This document shows, piece by piece, positions 47,383 to 56,582 of a DNA stretch of 64,000 nucleotides (positions within the stretch are counted from its first letter, which is position 1; every line of letters begins with the position of its first letter). Made by a program: the position numbers and the translations under genes. The DNA lies in IMG/VR virus record IMGVR_UViG_3300044712_001034, positions 1-64,000 of that record. The stretch is one strand, 5' to 3'. Origin of the DNA: a virus. The notes beneath the pieces are model-generated. The model did no database searches, was not told the DNA's origin, and saw nothing but the letters and a program-made list of their open reading frames with translations.

Positions 47383-47410
47383 TTGACAAATGTGAAATAT
47401 GGTGTATAAT
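47383..47410 (+). promoter_or_regulatory. rightward sigma70-type promoter
   Basis: GGTAC-TTGACA-16 bp-TATAAT. Confidence 0.85.
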
Positions 47411-47437
47411 GTATACATAACACTAAAGGAGATTGAA

Positions 47438-47701
47438 ATGAGGAGTAGAAAAGTTATAGACGAGGATTTTGAACAGATGTGTGATTGCTTTGAATCTTTA
47501 ACTAAAACACCAAGAAAAGATAAAATAATGCGTAATATGGTAGACTACTTTGGGTATGATAGAGTAAGAGCAGTTATAGTGCACTTCATTGAAAATGATT
47601 TCTTTTCAGAGGAAAATACACGCAGAGCAAAAATTCTAGAAAGCTACAAACCTTATAACTTATTGTATTGGTGGTGTAAAAACTACAAGGAGGATAAATG
47701 A
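47438..47701 (+). CDS. hypothetical protein, similar pattern to 40399-40764
   Basis: FGY.RV.AVI...PYNLL...CK; AAGGAG RBS. Confidence 0.65.
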   Translation: MRSRKVIDEDFEQMCDCFESLTKTPRKDKIMRNMVDYFGYDRVRAVIVHFIENDFFSEENTRRAKILESYKPYNLLYWWCKNYKEDK

Positions 47702-47937
47702 ATTGGACACAGATTTTAGTAATATTTAATTGTGACAACGGATACAAGTGCTCGTGTTGTAACACAAGTTGGGAAGAAAGTGAAGTTTATAATACAGATC
47801 AATCTATTGATGAATTCATTAGTGAACTTAAGATAGACACTAGAAAAACTTATTATGATAATAGTAAATGGGGAAGATTTGAAATACTAAAAGCATATGT
47901 TATTGACTACGAGGTAAATTTAGATGAAATTGTATAA
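47698..47937 (+). CDS. hypothetical protein (GY.CSCC motif)
   Basis: 79-aa ORF, GGAGG RBS. Confidence 0.65.
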   Translation: MNWTQILVIFNCDNGYKCSCCNTSWEESEVYNTDQSIDEFISELKIDTRKTYYDNSKWGRFEILKAYVIDYEVNLDEIV

Positions 47938-48169
47938 GTTCTATAAAGATGATTGCGTACCATGTAAGATGTTATCTAAGATGTTGTTAGATACTAGATT
48001 TCCAGCAGGAATAGATTACATAGAAGTAGATGTAAAGAATATAGATAACTTCGATTTATTACAAGAGTACTCTATTACTAGCGTACCAGTTTTAGCTTTT
48101 GAAAATGGAAATAAGTTAATTGGAATGAAATCTAAAAAGGAAATTGAGGAATTTTTAAACAATGCTTAA
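47924..48169 (+). CDS. thioredoxin/glutaredoxin
   Basis: CVPC active site, I.SVP. Confidence 0.88.
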   Translation: MKLYKFYKDDCVPCKMLSKMLLDTRFPAGIDYIEVDVKNIDNFDLLQEYSITSVPVLAFENGNKLIGMKSKKEIEEFLNNA

Positions 48170-49154
48170 TGTTTTATCATTATTTGATGGTATGTCTTGT
48201 GGACAACTTGCATTAGATAAAGCCGAGATAAAGTACAACAATTATTTTTCATCAGAAATAGATAAATACTCTATTAAAGTAGCACAAAAGAATTACCCTA
48301 ATACGATACAATTAGGAGATATTAATAATTGGAAATCTTGGAAGCTTCCTAAGATAGATTTACTTATGGGAGGATCGCCTTGTCAAGGATTTTCTTTTGC
48401 TGGAAAGAAGTTAAACTTTGAAGATCCAAGAAGTAAGTTGTTCTTTACTTTTGTAGAAATTCTAAAAGAACTAAAGCCAAAATACTTTCTTTTAGAAAAT
48501 GTAAAAATGAAAAAAGAATGGCAAGATATTATTACAGAATACTTAGGAGTTGAGCCTACTCTAATTAATTCAGCATTAGTTTCAGCACAAAATAGAGAAC
48601 GTTTGTATTGGACAAACATTCCTAATATTACTCAACCAGAAGATAGAAAAGTACTACTAAAAGATATTGTAATGTTTAATGATTACCCTGTAGTAATTCA
48701 TAATATTTACGGAGGGTTCAAAGAAGATTTTGTAAGAGTTTTTGAAAATAAATCACCAACCATAAGAACATCAGCAGGTGGTGGTCATATACCCTCTTTT
48801 GTAAAACATACTCTTTCAAGCAAAGAAATTTCTTACATGAATAGAGAAGTAAAAGATGGTAGAACTCATTGGGATTTTTCACATCATTCATCAATAGATA
48901 AAGATAAATCTAGTGCTGTTGTAGCTAACTTCTTTAAAGGTGTGCCATACAATGTTCTAAAGGATTGGGATTGTATAAGAAAATTTCATCCGATAGAATG
49001 TGAAAGATTACAAACAGTTCCAGATAATTATACTGAAGGAGTAAGTGATACACAGCGTTATAAGATGTTAGGAAATGGTTGGACAGTTGATGTTATTGCA
49101 CATATATTAAATTTTATGGAGATTGAAGATGGCATTATTACAGAAGAATGGTAA
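48162..49154 (+). CDS. DNA (cytosine-5) methyltransferase
   Basis: LSLFDG, GGSPCQGFS, LLENV, QNRER, LGNGW. Confidence 0.93.
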   Translation: MLNVLSLFDGMSCGQLALDKAEIKYNNYFSSEIDKYSIKVAQKNYPNTIQLGDINNWKSWKLPKIDLLMGGSPCQGFSFAGKKLNFEDPRSKLFFTFVEILKELKPKYFLLENVKMKKEWQDIITEYLGVEPTLINSALVSAQNRERLYWTNIPNITQPEDRKVLLKDIVMFNDYPVVIHNIYGGFKEDFVRVFENKSPTIRTSAGGGHIPSFVKHTLSSKEISYMNREVKDGRTHWDFSHHSSIDKDKSSAVVANFFKGVPYNVLKDWDCIRKFHPIECERLQTVPDNYTEGVSDTQRYKMLGNGWTVDVIAHILNFMEIEDGIITEEW

Positions 49155-49380
49155 ATTTCGTTGTCTGTTCTGTGATTTTACTCACGGAAATAATACACAC
49201 GTATACTCTCATATGAGTGAAGCTCATGATTATATGCTAGTACCTTTTACTAGAGAACAATTAGTAAAGTTACAGCAGTTTATTATGACAAAGAATGATA
49301 GTTTAATTACGCCAGATATTTATGAAATTATAAAATTATACGCTAAATATAAGATAAAATCTATTTCTGACATAGAATAA
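49129..49380 (+). CDS. C2H2 zinc-finger protein
   Basis: C-x2-C-x12-H-x4-H (FRCLFCDFTHGNNTHVYSHMSEAH). Confidence 0.65.
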   Translation: MALLQKNGKFRCLFCDFTHGNNTHVYSHMSEAHDYMLVPFTREQLVKLQQFIMTKNDSLITPDIYEIIKLYAKYKIKSISDIE

Positions 49381-49391
49381 TTGTTATTAAC

Positions 49392-49419
49392 TTGTCTTTA
49401 TTAGATTTTATGTTATAAT
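49392..49419 (+). promoter_or_regulatory. sigma70-type promoter upstream of the putative TerS/glycan operon
   Basis: TTGTCT-16 bp-TATAAT with TGn extended -10. Confidence 0.6.
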
Positions 49420-49442
49420 TAAATAATGAAAGGATATAATTT

Positions 49443-50138
49443 ATGGAACCAGAAAACAAAAGACATGCACCAAGCAGAAATAAATTACGTTCTCTAAAAC
49501 AATATAGAGAAATGCCAGAAGAAGAATTTAGTGAAGCATACTCTCAATTAGTTTTTGGAGCGAGTAGAGATAGTGTTATTAGAGAAAAGTATGATCGTTT
49601 GATGAAACAATTTGAAGAAGAATATGATCTATCGGAGATGTTACCAAATGATAGAGTTATTCTAAAAAATCTAATCAATGCTATGTTGCAACTAGAAGAT
49701 TATGAAGCACAGCTAATGCTAGTTTCTAAAGAAGGGTTTAACAATAATAACATTGTTATTGTTAGAGAATTGAACAATGTTTGTAAAGCTCTTCGTAATG
49801 ATATTTCTGAAATGCAAGATGATCTAGGTATTACTAGGAAAAGTAGAAAGAACGATAAAGAAGCTTCTGTACTAAATACTATCGAGGATCTAAAAAAGAA
49901 AGCACAACAGTTTTATCAACAGAAGATGCAGTACATTATTTGTGAAAATTGCGGAACTCTTTTAGCAACTGTTTGGTGGATGAAACCAGAAGATGTAAAA
50001 TCTAAAATAGTAGTTCATTGTACTAGAATTCTAGACGATGATAAACAATGTAATTTCACTAAAGCTTATACAGCTAAGGAAATTTTAGAAATGGGCGGTA
50101 GTAATAGAAAAGAATTATTACCAGAAAGCGTGAGGTAA
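49443..50138 (+). CDS. putative terminase small subunit
   Basis: Helical protein with LGITRKSR (TerS-like) and a CENCG Zn ribbon; upstream in the TerL transcription unit. Confidence 0.4.
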   Translation: MEPENKRHAPSRNKLRSLKQYREMPEEEFSEAYSQLVFGASRDSVIREKYDRLMKQFEEEYDLSEMLPNDRVILKNLINAMLQLEDYEAQLMLVSKEGFNNNNIVIVRELNNVCKALRNDISEMQDDLGITRKSRKNDKEASVLNTIEDLKKKAQQFYQQKMQYIICENCGTLLATVWWMKPEDVKSKIVVHCTRILDDDKQCNFTKAYTAKEILEMGGSNRKELLPESVR

Positions 50139-50334
50139 ACATGAAACTATGGGTAGTAGGTAGAGTATTAGATATGGATTATTGGGAATTCATCGGAGTT
50201 TTTGATGATGAACAGCTTGCTGTAAACGCATGTTTTGACACCCTATGCTTTGTTGGGCCTTGTATTTTAAACGAAAATGTAGGAAGGGAAACTATCGAAT
50301 GGCCTGATAGCTATTACCCAAGAAAGGATAACTT

Positions 50335-51066
50335 ATGATTACGTTTAGTCAGTTAGGAAAATTTGGCAGATTCGGAAATCAACTTTGGCAAATAGCTAGC
50401 ACTATAGGTATAGCTATTAAAAATAATCAAGACTTTGGATTCTCGGAGTGGGAATATCAAAAATACTTTGAACATTCTTTACCCTTATATAATCAAAAGA
50501 AACCAACTAGAAGAGTACCAGAGTTATCTTCTGGATATGTTGATACCACCCTAAAAGATTTTGTAGATCATGATTTACAAGGTTATTTTCAAAGCTATAA
50601 ATACTTTGAACATTGTAAAGATTTAATAGAATATTTTTTTGAACCAATAATCGAAACAAATGATCACGGTCTAGATCAAATAGCAATTCATGTTAGAAGA
50701 ACTGATTATTTGTCTCTTGGTCATATTCATCCTAATCTTACAATGGATTATTATAATAAGGCTATGAAATTATTTCCCGGAAAAGAATTCAAGATATTCT
50801 CTGATGACATTGAGTGGTGTAAACAAAACTTTGATAATGATACTTGTACATTCGTTATTGAAAATCCACAGAATGATCCAGTATTAGATTTCTTTTATAT
50901 GTCAAAACACGCAGGATTTATTATTGCTAATAGTTCGTTCTCTTGGTGGGCCGCTTGGTTAGCTAAAGATAAACCAGTGGTGTCTCCTAACGTTTGGGCC
51001 TATAATGAACCTAGAGAAACGATAGAAGATCGTATTCCTCCTGGGTGGGAAAGGATTTCAATATGA
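50335..51066 (+). CDS. GT11 family (alpha-1,2-fucosyltransferase-like) glycosyltransferase
   Basis: GRFGNQ, GYFQS, HVRRTDY, FSDD, NSSFSWWAA. Confidence 0.9.
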   Translation: MITFSQLGKFGRFGNQLWQIASTIGIAIKNNQDFGFSEWEYQKYFEHSLPLYNQKKPTRRVPELSSGYVDTTLKDFVDHDLQGYFQSYKYFEHCKDLIEYFFEPIIETNDHGLDQIAIHVRRTDYLSLGHIHPNLTMDYYNKAMKLFPGKEFKIFSDDIEWCKQNFDNDTCTFVIENPQNDPVLDFFYMSKHAGFIIANSSFSWWAAWLAKDKPVVSPNVWAYNEPRETIEDRIPPGWERISI

Positions 51067-51647
51067 GAATAAATGAACGGGGCTATTGGGAAGGTAAAGA
51101 AGGTTTACCTCACGGGGTAGATCTTGGGTTAGCAAAAGAGTTAGCTAGATTTTTTTCAAAGAATAACGCAGATTTAGTATTTGATTTAGGATGCGGAAAT
51201 GGATTTTATACGCATTATCTAAATAATTACGGTGGTATGTTGTGTGAAGGTTATGACGGTAATCCGTTTACCAAAGAATTAGCTGGTGATAATTGTTATG
51301 TAGCTGATTTATCTGTTCCGCAAGAGTTTGGAAAAGCTAATTGGGTTATGTCATTAGAAGTAGCAGAACATATTCCAGAAGAATTTGAAGATGTTTTCAT
51401 TGATAATCTTCATAGACATAATACAGAGGGTATTGTTATCAGTTGGTCTATTCCTACTTTCGGTGGGGATGGGCATGTAAATCCAAAAGAAAATTCTTAT
51501 GTGATTGATAAGTTTACCAAGCTAGGTTATAAGTATGATGAAGATTCTACAATAACACTTAGATACAGTTGTGCTGGTTATCCTAATCCCTGCTGGTGGT
51601 TTGGCTTTACTATCTTTGTTTTTAGAAAGGATAAAAATGCCATTTAG
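51063..51647 (+). CDS. class I SAM-dependent methyltransferase
   Basis: DLGCGNG, LEVAEHI, GHVN. Confidence 0.85.
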   Translation: MRINERGYWEGKEGLPHGVDLGLAKELARFFSKNNADLVFDLGCGNGFYTHYLNNYGGMLCEGYDGNPFTKELAGDNCYVADLSVPQEFGKANWVMSLEVAEHIPEEFEDVFIDNLHRHNTEGIVISWSIPTFGGDGHVNPKENSYVIDKFTKLGYKYDEDSTITLRYSCAGYPNPCWWFGFTIFVFRKDKNAI

Positions 51648-52146
51648 CAAATTTGATTTATATAAAAATAATTACTTTGTAGAAACTGGTAGTTATTATG
51701 GTAATGGAATTCAGTCAGCTATAGATGCTGGATTTAGAAATGTAATCTCTATAGAGATTACAGATAAGTATTTTAGACATTGTGTAAATAGATTTAGAAA
51801 TAATAAAAATGTAACCTTAGTCTTCGGAGACTCAGCAGAGAAGCTTTCTGAAGTTATAAGCAATATAAAAGAGCAAATAACATTTTATCTAGACGGTCAT
51901 TGGGATTTAGACGAGGACGAGACTAGAGGTATTTTTGATTTCCCAATCTATAAAGAACTAGAAATTATAGCAACCCATCCAGTAAAAACACATACTATAA
52001 TAATAGATGATGTTAGATTATTTAAAGCTTTGTGGAATGTTTCAGAAGATATTATTGTTAATAAATTGTTAGAAATAAATCCACAATATGTAATAGAATA
52101 TGCAGATGGTTACACAGACAAAGATGTACTTATAGCACACATATGA
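51637..52146 (+). CDS. class I SAM-dependent methyltransferase
   Basis: FVETGSYYG, GDS, FYLDGH, IIDD.R. Confidence 0.75.
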   Translation: MPFSKFDLYKNNYFVETGSYYGNGIQSAIDAGFRNVISIEITDKYFRHCVNRFRNNKNVTLVFGDSAEKLSEVISNIKEQITFYLDGHWDLDEDETRGIFDFPIYKELEIIATHPVKTHTIIIDDVRLFKALWNVSEDIIVNKLLEINPQYVIEYADGYTDKDVLIAHI

Positions 52147-52799
52147 AAACATACTTTACTTGTTATGCTGATGAAAACTACGAGAACCAGCAAGAAGAAA
52201 TACTAAAAGAGTGTAACGAGTTTGATTATAAAGTTCCATATAAAAAGCAATTTCTAATTGATAGTGGTTTTTACGAATATCAAAAACACTCTCTAACTTC
52301 TTTAAAGAATGGTGGGTGCGTTTGGAAACCATACATAATTTTAGATTTATTTCTTAAAATAGATCCGGGAGATTTGCTAGTTTATTTTGATTGTGGAGAT
52401 AAGATATTACCAGGCTACCTATCTTTTATAAAAAGTAGAATTAGACAGGATACTTTTTTTATTACAAGCAATTTTGTAAATAGATACTGGACAAAAACTT
52501 TCTGTTTCAAGTATATGGAGTGCAACGAAGACAAGTATAAAGATACGCTACAATTAGATGCTGGACAGATTGGATTTATAAAATCTCCCTTTACTGAAAG
52601 CTTATTACAGGAGTGGAATAACTACTGCTCGAACTATCTAGTGCTGTTAGATGATCCGTTAGGAGAACGAGACGATCATGTTATAAGGCACAGCAGAGAT
52701 CAGAGTATTCTTACGAACCTGCAAGTAAAGTATAATATACCAGCATCTTCTATCAACGAAGTAGAGCGTAAGTATACCATTCATAATTACAGAGGATAG
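52143..52799 (+). CDS. putative GT-A glycosyltransferase
   Basis: WKPYII, YFDCGD, H.RDQSIL. Confidence 0.65.
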   Translation: MKTYFTCYADENYENQQEEILKECNEFDYKVPYKKQFLIDSGFYEYQKHSLTSLKNGGCVWKPYIILDLFLKIDPGDLLVYFDCGDKILPGYLSFIKSRIRQDTFFITSNFVNRYWTKTFCFKYMECNEDKYKDTLQLDAGQIGFIKSPFTESLLQEWNNYCSNYLVLLDDPLGERDDHVIRHSRDQSILTNLQVKYNIPASSINEVERKYTIHNYRG

Positions 52800-52800
52800 G

Positions 52801-53550
52801 ATGATCTATTTAATTACAGGAACAGATGAAAAGTACTACCCAAAAATTTATCCATATCTAGAAACTATTAATAAGTATTCTGCTTTTAAAAATATTCTAT
52901 TATGTGTTGGATTTAGCAAAGATTCGGAATTTGATAATATAACTTATAAATCAATTCCTAAAGATTCTCTTACTGATATTACAACTAATCCGTGCGTCCA
53001 AGCAGGAGAGTTCCTACCTTACGTCTCCTTTAATGATGACGATATAATTATATTTACAGACGGAGACATTAGATTACAGCGAGCTTTTACAAACGAAGAA
53101 CTAAATAAAGTTTCTAATGTAAAGCATGATGAAGTTTTGATAGGACCAAATGCTACCCATTCAAACAACACTTTACTGAATGAAGCTAATGGTCTAAATA
53201 GATATTGTAGCGACGAGTATTTAAATTCTCTATTTAGTGAGTACGGGATAAACAAAAACTCAGCTACGCTTAATGTTGGTGTAATAATTTGTACTACAAA
53301 AACTTATAAAAGAATTTATGAGCTTACCTATGAGATATATAATAAATATCCAAAAGTAACAGATCATATGGCGAGGCAACAATGGTATATAAACTGTGCT
53401 ATATATTCTTTTTGTAATGTTAGTTTATTACCATTTAGTTTTCACTCTCACCCACACAACGGATCACAACCTGATATGTCATTTGAAGCTGACCACACAA
53501 TGTATGTAAATGGCGAAAGAGTATTATTTAGGCACAAGTACTATGTTTAA
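52801..53550 (+). CDS. putative GT-A glycosyltransferase
   Basis: IFTDGD (DxD), LNVGVI, QQW.IN. Confidence 0.6.
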   Translation: MIYLITGTDEKYYPKIYPYLETINKYSAFKNILLCVGFSKDSEFDNITYKSIPKDSLTDITTNPCVQAGEFLPYVSFNDDDIIIFTDGDIRLQRAFTNEELNKVSNVKHDEVLIGPNATHSNNTLLNEANGLNRYCSDEYLNSLFSEYGINKNSATLNVGVIICTTKTYKRIYELTYEIYNKYPKVTDHMARQQWYINCAIYSFCNVSLLPFSFHSHPHNGSQPDMSFEADHTMYVNGERVLFRHKYYV

Positions 53551-54142
53551 TATTAATGATACAAACGGAGATAGTAAGCTTTTAGCTCATATTCAATACA
53601 CATTACTAGATAAGTTTCCAAATGAGCAATTATATGGGGTGGAGTTCGGAGTTGCTTTTGGTGGTGGTATAGAACAAATATGTTCTATATGGAAAGATAA
53701 AGGATTTGTATTAGGTTATGATACCTTTACTAATCATCCCGGATTTTTAGCAAAGGATGAAAACTCTCCTGAAGCTACAGCTATGGATGGGTGGTATCAG
53801 AAGCTAGGAAAAGATAAGTTATCAAAAAAATATATACAAAGTGAGTTGGAAAAATCATTTAGCAATTTTGAACTAATCGAAGGACTAGTAAACAATAAAA
53901 CTAAAAAGAGAGATTACAAGTATCACTATGTTTTATTGGACTTTGATTTAGCAGAGTCAATGCAGTACGCTTATGATCTTATTAAAGATAATTTGCATCC
54001 CGGTGGTTTTATTTGTGTTCACGATATTATTCCAGATACGCATATGCCAATGCTAAACTCCTGGTGGTTTAACGCTATATTACCAAAAGAAAACTATAAG
54101 CTATATAGATATGGAAAACACTTGGGGGTTTATCATGTATGA
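53543..54142 (+). CDS. TylF/MycF-like sugar O-methyltransferase
   Basis: VEFGVAFGG, YDTF, LD.DL..S, PGG.I.VHD. Confidence 0.75.
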   Translation: MFNINDTNGDSKLLAHIQYTLLDKFPNEQLYGVEFGVAFGGGIEQICSIWKDKGFVLGYDTFTNHPGFLAKDENSPEATAMDGWYQKLGKDKLSKKYIQSELEKSFSNFELIEGLVNNKTKKRDYKYHYVLLDFDLAESMQYAYDLIKDNLHPGGFICVHDIIPDTHMPMLNSWWFNAILPKENYKLYRYGKHLGVYHV

Positions 54143-55178
54143 TTATTTAATAGTAGGTGCTGGAATAACCGGATCTGTGATAGCCCATGAAATGCACAAG
54201 CTAGGTAAAAAAGTACTAGTTATAGATTCTAGAGATCATGTTGGCGGTAATTGCTTTTCTAAAGATATAAATGGTGTTCATGTAAATCTGTATGGTGGTC
54301 ATTTCTTTCATACGAATAGCAAAAGTATCTACGATTATGTAAATAATATCTGCCCTTTTACTCCTTATTATCATAGAGTTAAAGTAAATTACAAAGATAA
54401 CATATACTCTTTCCCTATAAATATGCTGACATTTTTTCAGCTTTGGGGAACCATTACACCGGAACAAGCTAAAGCAAAAATAGAAAGTGTAAAGCTAAAT
54501 ATAGTTCCAACTAACTTCGAAGAAAAGGTTTTATCTATGGTTGGAGAAGAAGTATATTATAAGTTTTTCTATGGATATACAAAGAAGCATTGGGGAGTAG
54601 AACCTAAAGAGTTATCCGCAAAATTGATTAGTAGAATTCCTATTAGATTTACTTATGATGATAGATACTCTAGCGACCTTTATCAAGGAATGCCTGAGCA
54701 AGGATATGATTACTTTTTTAATAAGCTATTAGATGGGATAGAAGTTAAACTTGATACACAGTATAACTATGAAACTATAGCTAGTAAAACTATTTATACC
54801 GGATCTATAGATCAGTATTATAAATATATTTATGGTACGCTTCCATACAGAAGTGTGTATCACACATACTCCGATGAAGATACGGGAGCAGCTACTATAA
54901 ACTACACTAGTGAAGATATTAAGTACACAAGGCAAATAACTTATAACTATTTTTATCCGCAAAATAGAGCAGAAAAAGTAACTGCTACAGAGTTTGCATC
55001 AGATTACGGACCTCCCTACTATCCAATAGATACAGAAAAAAGTAAAAGTCTTTATAATAAATATAAAGAAATAAAAAATGATTCTGTAATTTTTGCTGGA
55101 AGATTGGGAACTTACGCTTACCTAGATATGGATAAAGCATTAGCTAGTGCATTAAAGATTGTAAAGGATGAATTATGA
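54135..55178 (+). CDS. glf: UDP-galactopyranose mutase
   Basis: IVGAGITG, HVGGNC, YG.H.FHTN, GYT.K.WG, YQG.P, PYYP, GRLG.Y.YLDMD. Confidence 0.93.
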   Translation: MYDYLIVGAGITGSVIAHEMHKLGKKVLVIDSRDHVGGNCFSKDINGVHVNLYGGHFFHTNSKSIYDYVNNICPFTPYYHRVKVNYKDNIYSFPINMLTFFQLWGTITPEQAKAKIESVKLNIVPTNFEEKVLSMVGEEVYYKFFYGYTKKHWGVEPKELSAKLISRIPIRFTYDDRYSSDLYQGMPEQGYDYFFNKLLDGIEVKLDTQYNYETIASKTIYTGSIDQYYKYIYGTLPYRSVYHTYSDEDTGAATINYTSEDIKYTRQITYNYFYPQNRAEKVTATEFASDYGPPYYPIDTEKSKSLYNKYKEIKNDSVIFAGRLGTYAYLDMDKALASALKIVKDEL

Positions 55179-56104
55179 TTATTTCGCAAACCCCATTAAG
55201 GGTGTCTATTATAGGTGGGGGAACTGATTTACCAGAATGGTTTGAGCATAATGAAGGTTGTGTTGTTGGATCATCAATAGATAAATATATTTATGTAATA
55301 GTAAATAATAGATTTGATGATAAGATTTCTGTTGGTTATTCTAAGCAAGAAACTGTAGATTCTGTAGAAGAAATTCAACACGATTTAGTTAGAGAAGCTG
55401 CGAAAGCTACAGGAATGACCAAAGGATTTGAAGTAAAAACTATGGCTGATGTTCCTTCACAAGGCTCTGGTTTAGGATCTTCTAGTGCTGTTTTAGTTGG
55501 GTTACTAAATGCTTTTTATCATTATCAGAATAATCCGAAAGAACACTCTCACTTAGCTTATCAAGCATTTTATATAGAGAGGTATGTTTTAGGTAGAAAT
55601 GCTGGAATGCAGGATCATATGTTCTCTTCTTTTGGTGGACAGCTTAGACTATCGTTTTCTAACGATCTTCCTTATCACGAACCTGTAAAACTTTCAGACG
55701 ATAACTTGTTTTTGCATTACACAGGTATAACTAGAAATGCTAATGATATTCTAAAAGAGCAAGCTTCTAGTATAGAAGGAAAAGAAGAGTTATATAAAAA
55801 GCTAACCAAATTAGCTAAAGAGTTTAATCAAGAACATATTTGTGATGTTCTTGGAAATGGTTGGGCAATAAAGAAACAACTAGCTGATGGTATTTCAAAT
55901 ACAGAAATAGAAAATATGATAAGCATCGCTGAATCAAGTGGAGCTATGGCATATAAAATTTTAGGTGCTGGTGGGGGAGGATTTCTTTTATCTTATGTTC
56001 CAAAGGATCTACAAGACCTATTCTTAGATAAGATGAAAGATTATAAACAACTCCCGTTTAGGTTTACAAATTATGGGACAAGGATTATTTACAATGGGAT
56101 ATAA
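55175..56104 (+). CDS. hddA: D-glycero-alpha-D-manno-heptose 7-phosphate kinase (GHMP family)
   Basis: TPLRVSIIGGGTD, GSGLGSSS, G.QD, K..GAGGGGF. Confidence 0.85.
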   Translation: MIISQTPLRVSIIGGGTDLPEWFEHNEGCVVGSSIDKYIYVIVNNRFDDKISVGYSKQETVDSVEEIQHDLVREAAKATGMTKGFEVKTMADVPSQGSGLGSSSAVLVGLLNAFYHYQNNPKEHSHLAYQAFYIERYVLGRNAGMQDHMFSSFGGQLRLSFSNDLPYHEPVKLSDDNLFLHYTGITRNANDILKEQASSIEGKEELYKKLTKLAKEFNQEHICDVLGNGWAIKKQLADGISNTEIENMISIAESSGAMAYKILGAGGGGFLLSYVPKDLQDLFLDKMKDYKQLPFRFTNYGTRIIYNGI

Positions 56105-56582
56105 TATTGCGTTTGATATTGACAATGTAGCTACTATGATAGCTAATTGCAGAGGTATAGTTTATACCTGTGGAAATGGTGGAAGCTCTTCAGCAGCATC
56201 ACATTTTACGCAGGATTTAATAAAAGCTTGTGGAATAAAATCTATCTGTATTACAGATAACGTTCCTTTTATTACTGCTACTGCAAATGATGATAGTTAT
56301 GATAATATCTTCAGAAATTTTATGGAGTTGTTTTGGACAGCGCAAGATCTACTAGTTCTTATTAGTGGTAGTGGTAATAGTGTAAATTTACTAAAAGTTA
56401 CTGAAGCTATGCGAGGTAAAGTAAAGACTATAGCTATTGTTGGTTTTGATGGGGGAGAATTAAAAAACATGGTTGATTATGTTATTCATGTTCCAATCTC
56501 AGATATGAGGAAAGCAGAAGACAAACATATTCAGGTTTTACATGAGATTATTGATAGGATTGGAGATGAACCCATTCGATAA
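56094..56582 (+). CDS. gmhA: phosphoheptose isomerase (SIS domain)
   Basis: CGNGGS..ASH, TA.AND, ISGSGNS.N, GFDGG, ED.H...H. Confidence 0.9.
   Translation: MGYNIAFDIDNVATMIANCRGIVYTCGNGGSSSAASHFTQDLIKACGIKSICITDNVPFITATANDDSYDNIFRNFMELFWTAQDLLVLISGSGNSVNLLKVTEAMRGKVKTIAIVGFDGGELKNMVDYVIHVPISDMRKAEDKHIQVLHEIIDRIGDEPIR

Noticed and set aside
47116-47409. 97-aa ORF across the divergent region
   Set aside because: TTG start, no RBS, and it overlaps the promoter cluster
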